Shown here: positions 16,924 through 23,283 of the stretch, in pieces
Layout of the letters: the number at the start of each line of letters is the position of its first letter
How positions within the stretch are numbered: the first letter of the stretch is position 1
Assembly (NCBI GenBank): GCA_035715725.1
Contig: DASTKT010000043.1
Location: forward strand, 1-24,456
Origin: Longimicrobiales bacterium
Lineage (GTDB): Bacteria; Gemmatimonadota; Gemmatimonadetes; Longimicrobiales; RSA9
Direction: 5' to 3'
DNA: 24,456 bases
Made by a program: the position numbers and the translations under genes
The notes under the pieces: generated by a model
Database searches by the model: none
Seen by the model: the letters and a program-made list of their open reading frames with translations, nothing else
What the model was told of the DNA's origin: nothing

Positions 16924-18216
16924 ATGCAACTGCAACAGCTTCCGGAGTCGCTGCTGACGATCGGGATCATCGTCTTCGTCGTCCTCGTCGTGGTGCCGTT
17001 CATCGCCACGCGCTTCCTGCGGGACGTGGAGAAGGGCCAGATCCGCATCGTGAGCTGGCTCGGCGGGCGCCCCGCCATCTACCGCGGCCCCGGCAAGTCC
17101 AAGGAGATCCCGCTCCTCACCACGGGCGCGACGATCCCGTCCAGCGCGATCAACGTCGACCTGGACATCACCGACCAGACGGCGGACCGGGATGCGCACG
17201 GCAACCCGCAGCCCATCAAGGTGCAGGTGCTGGCCAGCGCCATCGTCTCGGTCGGTGACACGGACGACATGATCCTGACCGCCGCGAACCGCTTCTTCTC
17301 GAAGAGCGAGAGCGAGCAGACGAGCACGCTGATCGACCTGATGTCGAGCTCGGGGCGTCGCGCCATCAACCTGCTGACGCACAACCAGCTCTTCTCCGCG
17401 GCCGAGGCGCCGAAGGTGGCCGAGGCCGCGGACGACGAGGAGGACCCGCTCGCGGTGATCATCAAGAAGGCATGCTCCCGCGAGCTCACCGACCTCGGGC
17501 TGACGTTCAACTCGCTCAACATCAAGTCGGTGCAGTCCGAGGTCGCGGAGGCGCTGCGCCGGCAGTCCGCGGCCGTCGCCAAGGCCGAGGCCGAGATCGT
17601 CGCGGCCGTGCAGGCCCGCCGCGCCAAGGAGGCACAGCTCGAGGCCGAGCGCGCCATCTCCGACAAGGAGCGCGAGCTCGCCTCGACCCGCGCCGCCAAC
17701 GCGGCGCTCGTCGCCCAGGCCGAGGCGCAGAAGCAGGACGCGCTCGCCGTGCAGCGCCAGGCCGAGCTGCGCGCCACGCAGATCGCGCAGGCCTCCGCCG
17801 ACGCCGAGCGCGTGAAGATCGAGGCGACCGCCAGCGCCGAGGCCGAGGCCATCCGCATCGCCCGCATCGCGGACGCGCAGGCGGAGGCCATCCGCAAGGT
17901 CAACGAGGCGATCCGCCTCGGCGGCGAGGCCTACTTCCGCTACCGCCAGATCGAGATGCTCCCCGACATCGCGCCGGTCGTGGCGGACGCGCTCGGTAGG
18001 GCCCGCCTCGTCACGATCTCCGGCGACGGCAAGGGCGCCGCCTCCGGCACCGCCGACCAGATCGGCCAGGTGCTGAACGCCGTCCTGGCCATGCAGGTCG
18101 TCGGGCAGAGCGGCCTCGTCAACGGCACGCCGGCCATCGAGGCGACGCCGGCGCCGCCCGCGCCCGAGCCGCCGCCGGCCCCGCCGCGCCGCGGCATCGT
18201 GCCCCCGGCGCGGTAG
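16924..18216 (+). CDS. Flotillin-like SPFH (band-7) domain protein with a long Ala/Glu-rich coiled-coil 'flotillin' region
   Basis: N-terminal TM segment, SPFH core, then an extended EA-rich repeat (AEAEIVAAVQARRAKEAQLEAERAI...AEAEAIRIARIADAQAEAIRKVNEAI) as in FloT/YuaG-type flotillins. GAGGAA lies 4 nt before ATG 16924. It is 42 bp after the NfeD gene. Confidence 0.8.
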   Translation: MQLQQLPESLLTIGIIVFVVLVVVPFIATRFLRDVEKGQIRIVSWLGGRPAIYRGPGKSKEIPLLTTGATIPSSAINVDLDITDQTADRDAHGNPQPIKVQVLASAIVSVGDTDDMILTAANRFFSKSESEQTSTLIDLMSSSGRRAINLLTHNQLFSAAEAPKVAEAADDEEDPLAVIIKKACSRELTDLGLTFNSLNIKSVQSEVAEALRRQSAAVAKAEAEIVAAVQARRAKEAQLEAERAISDKERELASTRAANAALVAQAEAQKQDALAVQRQAELRATQIAQASADAERVKIEATASAEAEAIRIARIADAQAEAIRKVNEAIRLGGEAYFRYRQIEMLPDIAPVVADALGRARLVTISGDGKGAASGTADQIGQVLNAVLAMQVVGQSGLVNGTPAIEATPAPPAPEPPPAPPRRGIVPPAR

Positions 18217-18221
18217 GCGCG

Positions 18222-18247
18222 CTCCGGCGGGTCCCGCGGCCGGCCGG
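18222..18247 (+). terminator. 20-bp perfect GC palindrome CCGCGGCCGGCCGGCCGCGG a few bp after the flotillin stop; a possible terminator hairpin
   Basis: Seen directly. No U-tract. Confidence 0.4.
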
Positions 18248-18390
18248 CCGCGGAACCCGCCATCCCGGAGCGGGACACCCACCGGCCGGCGGCGGCGCGG
18301 CACTCTTGTTGCACGCTGACCCCGGCCGGACCGCAACCCCCGGCCTGACCCCCAACGTCATGCCGCAGCACCCTCAGCCGGAAGGCGACG

Positions 18391-18831
18391 ATGCATCACG
18401 TCGATGAGCATCGTCGCCTGATCCTCGTCGCCGACGACAACGCCGAGATCCGCGAGTACTTTCGCAGCGTGCTCACCGAGGCCGGCTACGGCGTCCTGCA
18501 GGCCGCCGACGGGGAGCTGGCCGCGCTGCTCGCGCGGACCTACCGCCCGGACCTCGTCCTGATGGACGTCGCCATGCCGATCATGGATGGGCTGCGCGCC
18601 ATGGAGCTGCTGCGGCTCGACCCGCGCACCGAGCACCTCCCGGTCATCGCCGTGAGCGGCTACGGCCTCGTGGGCGCCGCGATGCGCCGGGCCGGATTCC
18701 AGGCCGTGCTCTCGAAGCCGGTACTGGCGGCGGAGCTGCTCTCCGCCGTCCGCTGCTGGATCGAGCTGGCGCCGGGAGCCACGCTCTCGCGCGCGGTCGC
18801 GGACCTCCGCTCCGAGGGGGTCGACCCATGA
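18391..18831 (+). CDS. Stand-alone CheY-like response-regulator receiver domain protein
   Basis: LILVADDN acidic pocket, LVLMDVAMP phospho-acceptor Asp, VIAVSGYG (conserved S/T) and SKP (conserved Lys). 146 aa with no output domain. GGAAGG precedes ATG 18391. Confidence 0.8.
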   Translation: MHHVDEHRRLILVADDNAEIREYFRSVLTEAGYGVLQAADGELAALLARTYRPDLVLMDVAMPIMDGLRAMELLRLDPRTEHLPVIAVSGYGLVGAAMRRAGFQAVLSKPVLAAELLSAVRCWIELAPGATLSRAVADLRSEGVDP

Positions 18832-19226
18832 CGCGGCCATCGATCGAGAACGGCTGGCTCACGCGCGCCGTGCTCAACGTGCTGCACCAGCGGCGCGATG
18901 CCGGCCACGAGCTGCCGCTGCACGACCTCCAGCTCGCGGTCTGGGGACCGACCCGCCAGGCGCTGCGCCCGCGCCTGCTGCGCGCGCTCAGCACGCTCGA
19001 GCGCGCGGGCCTCGTCTGGACCGGCGCCGAGACGACGATCCGCCCCGGCCACACCACGGTACAGGTCGGCCTGACTCAGGCCGCGCTCGACCGCCTCGGC
19101 CGCGCCGACCTCGACGTCGTGCTGAAGCAGGTCTTCGAGCGCCACGGGATCACGCTCCCCAAGGAGGGGCGCCGCCGCCGCCGCTCGACGCCGCGCGAGG
19201 CGCCGGCCGGGCGCGGCGAAGGCTGA
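18828..19226 (+). CDS. Hypothetical small protein with a putative winged-helix fold, translationally coupled (ATGA overlap) to the receiver gene
   Basis: ATG 18828 overlaps the receiver's stop TGA 18829-18831. The segment RLLRALSTLERAGLVWTG resembles a wHTH recognition helix plus wing. The C-terminus is Arg-rich. The function is not recognisable from sequence alone. Confidence 0.45.
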   Translation: MTRPSIENGWLTRAVLNVLHQRRDAGHELPLHDLQLAVWGPTRQALRPRLLRALSTLERAGLVWTGAETTIRPGHTTVQVGLTQAALDRLGRADLDVVLKQVFERHGITLPKEGRRRRRSTPREAPAGRGEG

Positions 19227-19325
19227 CCGCTGTCCCCCGCCGGCGGACGCGGCCGGGTGGATTCCCGACTGGCGCGGGCGACCCGGCGTCCCCACTATCC
19301 GGATGGACCGGACCACCCGACGCCG

Positions 19326-19360
19326 GGGGCCCGGTGGTTGCGTCCTCCCCACCGGCCACG
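19326..19360. repeat. Degenerate third copy of the REP-like hairpin (ggcCCGGTGGttgcgtccTCCCCACCGGcc) in the intergenic region upstream of the SRPBCC gene
   Basis: It shares the CCCGGTGG...TGC..TCC.CACCGG core with 8477-8521 and 20045-20080. Confidence 0.45.
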
Positions 19361-19406
19361 CCGCGACGCGTGGCCAAACGCTTCCACCAGCCGGAAGGAA
19401 GGGACG

Positions 19407-19916
19407 ATGCTTGCGAACGACCCTCTGGACGGAGCCAGCACCGCAGAACTCGACGGCGCAGATGGAGTGACCCGCGTGGAGGCCGCCGTCCGGATCCACC
19501 TCCCGCGGGACGATGTCTACCAGGCCTGGCACGACCTCCAGCGGCTCCCCCGCCTGATCTCGCAGATCGAGGACGTGGAGGTCCTCCCCGACGGCGACTC
19601 GCGCTGGACCGTGCGCGAACCCGCCGGCCCCGCCCGCTGGCACGCCGAGACCCTCGCCGACGACCCCGGCCACCGCATCGCCTGGCGCACCGTCGGCGAC
19701 GCCGACGTCCGCCACCACGGCGAGGTCACGTTCCAGTGCGTCGGCAACGGCCGCACCACCGAGGTCCGCCTCGCCCTCGCCTGCGACCGCCCGCCCGGCG
19801 CGCACGGTCACGCCGCCGGCGGCCGCCTCGGCGTCCCGGCCGAGGACCAGGCGGCCGAATGGCTCGAGGACTTCAAGCGCGGCCTCGAGGCCGGGAGGCC
19901 GCAGCACCCACGCTGA
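19407..19916 (+). CDS. SRPBCC (polyketide cyclase/dehydrase-like, START/Bet v1 fold) family protein
   Basis: ATG 19407 is preceded by GGAAGGAAGGGA. The 169-aa product has the typical SRPBCC pattern (VTRVEAAVRIHLPRDDVYQAWHDLQRLPRL...HHGEVTFQ). It is an internal Met of ORF 19257..19916. Confidence 0.65.
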   Translation: MLANDPLDGASTAELDGADGVTRVEAAVRIHLPRDDVYQAWHDLQRLPRLISQIEDVEVLPDGDSRWTVREPAGPARWHAETLADDPGHRIAWRTVGDADVRHHGEVTFQCVGNGRTTEVRLALACDRPPGAHGHAAGGRLGVPAEDQAAEWLEDFKRGLEAGRPQHPR

Positions 19917-20044
19917 CCGCCCGGTTCGGCAGCGGCGGGTCACCCTCGGGGACCCGCTCCGGCCCCGCGGCGGCCGAACGTTCCGGGGAGCTCCCGCGGA
20001 GGCGGGAGAATGCCCGGGCGTTCGAGAGTTTCCGGTGAACGTGA

Positions 20045-20080
20045 ACGGCGCCCGGTGGGTTGCTTCCCACCGGGCGCCGT
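20045..20080. repeat. REP-like hairpin, copy 2: 15-bp perfect stem ACGGCGCCCGGTGGG / CCCACCGGGCGCCGT with loop TTGCTT. It lies between convergent genes and is a candidate bidirectional terminator.
   Basis: Seen directly. The core GCGCCCGGTGGG..CCCACCGGGCGC is identical to 8482-8511. Confidence 0.7.
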
Positions 20081-20136
20081 CGATTCTCCGAGGAGCGTCG
20101 ATCTCGTCTTTTCGGTGTTTCGAGCCCGCGCCCAGC

Positions 20137-20230
20137 GCCGCCGGCGCGGAGCCCGAGCCCGGCCTCACGTCCGCGGGCGGCCTCACGTCCGAAAGTGTCA
20201 CACGGAGCCACCGAGGGCACGGAAGAGCCG
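20137..20230 (+). repeat. Roughly 55-bp conserved block GCCGCCGGCGCGGAG..CGAG..CC followed by two direct repeats GGCCTCACGTCCG (20161-20173, 20180-20192) and a CACACGGAGCCAC tail. It is homologous to 245-325 in the opposite orientation.
   Basis: Minus strand of 245-325 reads gccgccggcgcggagtgcgagtccGGCCTCACGTTCGCGCGGCCTCACGTCC. Plus strand of 20137-20192 reads gccgccggcgcggagcccgagcccGGCCTCACGTCCGCGGGCGGCCTCACGTCC. Confidence 0.65.
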
Positions 20231-20336
20231 CGGAGGGCGGCCGCACCCTTCCGGCAGCACCCCGAGCCGCCGGCGTACGCCGGGAATGACATCGTAGGAA
20301 GGTGCGCTCCCCGGCGGTTCTCCAGTGCCCGGTGAC

Positions 20337-20417
20337 CCTCTGAGCCCTCTGCGCCTCTGCGGTGAAAAAGTCCGTTCCCGACCGCAGCCGCGCCCGCGGA
20401 CCGGGCCGAACGCGCCC
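20337..20417 (-). repeat. Copy A of the TTTTCACCGCAGAGG-CGCAGAGGG-CTCAGAGGG module (minus-strand reading). It abuts the stop codon (20418-20420) of the ring-cleaving dioxygenase gene.
   Basis: The plus strand 20347-20369 reads ctctgcgcctctgcggtgaaaaa. The flanking about 50 bp also align with copies at 23205-23283 and 22803-22883. Confidence 0.7.
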
Positions 20418-21488
20418 TCACGCCCCGAGCGGCACCAGCCCGCCCGCGATCTCCTCGCGGGACGCCTCCAGCCAGGCCGGCAGCTTCAGCTCCGTGCCGA
20501 GCGCGCCCGCGGGCTCGTCGACCAGGAAGCCGGGCCCGTCCGTCGCCACCTCGAGCAGCAGCCCGTCCGGGGCGCGGAAGTAGATGCTCCGGAAGTAGAC
20601 GCGCTCCATCACCGGCGAGACGTCCACGCCCAGCTCCAGCAGGTGCTCCCGCCACGCGCGCTGCTCCTCGTCGTCGCGGGCGCGGAACGCGATGTGGTGC
20701 GTCTGGCCGGCGCCGCCACGGCTGAGATAGCTCGAGCCGGCCCAGGCGAAGAGCGTGAGCGCGCTGTGTGGCGCCACGACCCGCCCGTCGTAGCTCGCCC
20801 AGAACCAGTGCGGCGTGCGCAGATCGTCCTGGTTGACGCTCTTCTTCACGACGCGCAGCCCGAGCGCCGCGTGGTAGAACTCGTCGGCCCGCTGGATGTC
20901 GTCCGTGATCCCGGTGATGTGGTGGATCCCCCGCAGCCGCATGTCGGCACCGATCGCCTCGACCGGCTCGGGCCACGTCCGCTGGCGGATCGCCTCCTCG
21001 TCGCGCGCGCCGCGCAGCTCCGCCCCGGGCGGGAGCGTCTCCTTCTGCCCGAGCGCGTCCGCCGGCTCGTCGATCGCGTAGCCCGGCCCCGACGTCGCGA
21101 TCTCCAGGATCTGCCCGTCCGGATCGGCGAAGTAGATGCTGCGGAAGTACCCACGGTCGAACGGACCCGTGACCGCGACGCCGTGGTCCTCCAGCCACCG
21201 CTTCCACCTGAGCTGCGCCTCGGGCGTCTCCACGCCGAGCGCCAGGTGATGCACGCCGCCCACGCCCCAGCGGCCACGCCCCGCGTGCGGCCACTCGAAG
21301 AACGTCAGCAGCGTCCCCGGCTGCCCCGTCTCGTCGCCGAAGTAGAGGTGGTACGAGCCCGGGTCGTCGAAGTTGACCGTCCGCTTCACCACCCCGACGC
21401 CGAGCACCTCCCGGTAGAACGCCAGCGTCCGCCGCGCGTCCGCCGAGACCATCGTGATGTGGTGGAATCCCGCCGTCCGAAGCTCCAT
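20418..21488 (-). CDS. Ring-cleaving dioxygenase, two-domain VOC family (MhqA/MhqE/MhqO/YfiE-like)
   Basis: ATG 21488 is preceded by GGAGGAG. Both halves carry the motifs (GFHHITMVSAD..FYREVLG..VKRTVNFDDP..YHLYFGD in the first; GIHHITGITDD..FYHAALGLRVVKKSVNQDD in the second) characteristic of this dioxygenase family. Confidence 0.8.
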   Translation of the reverse strand: MELRTAGFHHITMVSADARRTLAFYREVLGVGVVKRTVNFDDPGSYHLYFGDETGQPGTLLTFFEWPHAGRGRWGVGGVHHLALGVETPEAQLRWKRWLEDHGVAVTGPFDRGYFRSIYFADPDGQILEIATSGPGYAIDEPADALGQKETLPPGAELRGARDEEAIRQRTWPEPVEAIGADMRLRGIHHITGITDDIQRADEFYHAALGLRVVKKSVNQDDLRTPHWFWASYDGRVVAPHSALTLFAWAGSSYLSRGGAGQTHHIAFRARDDEEQRAWREHLLELGVDVSPVMERVYFRSIYFRAPDGLLLEVATDGPGFLVDEPAGALGTELKLPAWLEASREEIAGGLVPLGA

Positions 21489-21530
21489 CGTCTCCTCCTG
21501 TCCCCGCCCTGCGTCCCGCGAACCCGCGCG

Positions 21531-21559
21531 CCGGCGGCGGGAGGGTCCCGCCGCCGGCC
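21531..21559 (-). terminator. 13-bp perfect stem GCCGGCGGCGGGA / TCCCGCCGCCGGC with a 3-nt loop, just downstream of the YceI stop
   Basis: Seen directly. GC-rich, with no U-tract. Confidence 0.5.
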
Positions 21560-21564
21560 GCGCC

Positions 21565-22134
21565 TCACCGCGCCTGCGTCGCCTGCGCCTCGATCTCGAT
21601 CCGGATCTCGTTCCCGACCAGCACGCCGCCCGCCTCCAGCGCCTGGTTCCAGACCAGCCCGAAGTCCCGGCGGTCGATCTTCGCCGTCGCGCTGAACCCG
21701 GCCCGCTCGCCGCCCCACGGGTCCTTCCCCTTCCCCTCGTACGTCGCCTCCAGCACCACCTCGCGCGTCGTGCCGTGGATCGTCAGGTCGCCGTACACCT
21801 TGAAGCGGTCCCCCGCCTCCACCGCCGCGCCCTCGACCCGCCGGCTCCGGAACGTCACCAGCGGGTAGTGCTCGACGTCCAGGAAGTCCGCCGACCGGAG
21901 GTGCCCGTCCCGCTGCTCGACACCCGTGTCGATGCTCGCCGCCGGAATCTCGACCTCCACCCGCGACCGGTCCGGGTTCGCACCGTCCACGACGATCGTC
22001 CCCTTCACCTCGTTGAACTTCCCGCGCACCGTCGTGAACATCATGTGCTTCGCGGAAAACCCGACCAGCGTGTGCGTCGGATCGATCGTCCAGGTCGTGG
22101 CGACCGCCTGCGTCGTGCTCTGATTGCTCGACAT
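21565..22134 (-). CDS. YceI family protein (polyisoprenoid/quinone-binding lipocalin-like), apparently cytoplasmic
   Basis: Internal ATG 22134 gives MSSNQSTTQAVATTWTIDPTHTLVGFSAKHMMFTTVRGKFNEVKGTIVVD, a typical YceI N-terminus with no signal peptide. 189 aa. Confidence 0.8.
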   Translation of the reverse strand: MSSNQSTTQAVATTWTIDPTHTLVGFSAKHMMFTTVRGKFNEVKGTIVVDGANPDRSRVEVEIPAASIDTGVEQRDGHLRSADFLDVEHYPLVTFRSRRVEGAAVEAGDRFKVYGDLTIHGTTREVVLEATYEGKGKDPWGGERAGFSATAKIDRRDFGLVWNQALEAGGVLVGNEIRIEIEAQATQAR

Positions 22135-22239
22135 GACTCCCTCACCCGCGGGGGCTCTGCCATGACGGGCGACGGCGGCGTCCCCCGATCCCCCGCCGCG
22201 CCCGGTACTGCTCGCTTCCAAATCACCTCGCCGGACCCC

Positions 22240-22743
22240 TCACCCCGCCGGCTCCGCCACCGCCCGCGTCGACCCCTCGGTCGACGATGCCGCGGGCGAC
22301 GCCGCCGCCCGCAGCCCCAGCTTCCGCAGCAGCGCGATCGCCGCCGCCTGCTCCGCCTCCGTCAGCCCCGACACCGCCTCGACGATCGCCGCGGCGTGCT
22401 CCGGGAAGATCCGCCCCATCAGCGCCTCCCCCGCCGGCGTCAGCGCCGCGTAGATCGCCCGCCGGTCCTCCGGGCACCGCCGCCGCTCCGCCAGTCCCTT
22501 CCGCTCCAGCCGGTCCACCAGGAACGTGATCCCGCCGCTCGACGCCAGGATCTTCCGCTTGATCTCCCCCAGCAGCAGCGGTCCCTTGTGGAACAGCGCC
22601 TCCAGCACCGCGAACTCGCCCTCGCTCAGGCCGTGTCGGCCGATGTCGCCGCGCGCGTGCTGCGCCACGGCGCCGTGCGCCCGGGCCAGCACGACCCACA
22701 GCTTGAGCGCGAGCTCCCGTTCCTTGTCGTCCCGTTCCGCCAT
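22240..22743 (-). CDS. MarR family transcriptional regulator, in an operon with the YceI gene
   Basis: Internal ATG 22743 (MAERDDKERELALKLWVVL...) gives a 167-aa protein with the MarR wHTH (SEGEFAVLEALFHKGPLLLGEIKRKILASSGGITFLVDRLERKGLAERR). GAGGAG lies upstream of the ATG. Confidence 0.75.
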   Translation of the reverse strand: MAERDDKERELALKLWVVLARAHGAVAQHARGDIGRHGLSEGEFAVLEALFHKGPLLLGEIKRKILASSGGITFLVDRLERKGLAERRRCPEDRRAIYAALTPAGEALMGRIFPEHAAAIVEAVSGLTEAEQAAAIALLRKLGLRAAASPAASSTEGSTRAVAEPAG

Positions 22744-22768
22744 CGCTCCTCGCAACGATATTTCACAA

Positions 22769-22799
22769 CCAAGATACTTGGCGGTGGCCGATCGGTCAA
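22769..22799 (-). promoter_or_regulatory. Sigma70-like promoter for the MarR-YceI operon: -35 TTGACC (rc at 22794-22799), 17-bp spacer, -10 TATCTT (rc at 22771-22776). The 13-bp palindrome CCAAGATACTTGG (22769-22781) overlaps the -10 and is a candidate MarR operator.
   Basis: Minus-strand read: cccTTGACCgatcggccaccgccaagTATCTTggttgtgaaatatcgttgcgaggagcgATG. Confidence 0.5.
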
Positions 22800-22802
22800 G
22801 GG

Positions 22803-23283
22803 CCGCGGCGGCGACGGGGCCCGGCGCAGCGGCGTCGGCCTGCGAACGACCCTTTTCACCGCAGAGGCGCAGAGCACACGGAGAACGGCGACGGAGCCGG
22901 GCGGCGCGGCTTCGTCGCATCCGAAAGATCCTCTTTGAGTTGGACCGGTGGTAAGCGGGGTACCGGTACGACTTCAGTGTTCGAGTTGGACCGGTGGACC
23001 GAGGTTCATCGGTCCACCTCCTCTTGGGAGGTGGACCGGCGTGATGCGGGTCACTGGTGCCGTGGCCGGACCGGAGATTTGCGGCTCACCGGTCCACTTC
23101 ATCATCCCTGCTTCCACGTCGGAGCCGGCGTAGCCCGGATCCAGACCCCAACAGGTGGTGCGTTCGCCCGCGAAGGCTGCTCCCCGCCGGCTCAGGCCGT
23201 TCTTCGTGTACTCTGCGCCTCTGCGGTGAAAACCGTCGTTCGCAGGCCGACGCCGCTGCGCGGAGGCCCGTCGCCGCTCGCCT
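22803..23283. repeat. Roughly 480-bp foldback element. The left arm (22803-22925) and right arm (23160-23283) are imperfect inverted repeats. The outer 80 bp are about 90% identical and inner identity decays. Each arm carries the TTTTCACCGCAGAGGCGCAGAG module. The central 235 bp is rich in ACCGGT-core palindromes.
   Basis: rc(22803-22883) reads ...gtgtgctctgcgcctctgcggtgaaaagggtcgttcgcaggccgacgccgctgcgccgggccccgtcgccgc. 23205-23281 reads gtgtactctgcgcctctgcggtgaaaaccgtcgttcgcaggccgacgccgctgcgcggaggcccgtcgccgc. The right arm ends exactly at the AKR stop codon (23282-23284). Confidence 0.7.
23005..23040. repeat. Perfect hairpin in the foldback centre (GGTCCACCTCC tcttg GGAGGTGGACC), flanked by further GGACCGGTGG / GTACCGGTAC palindromes (22940-23095)
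   Basis: Seen directly. GAGTTGGACCGGTGG occurs twice as a direct repeat (22936-22950, 22983-22997). Confidence 0.6.
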
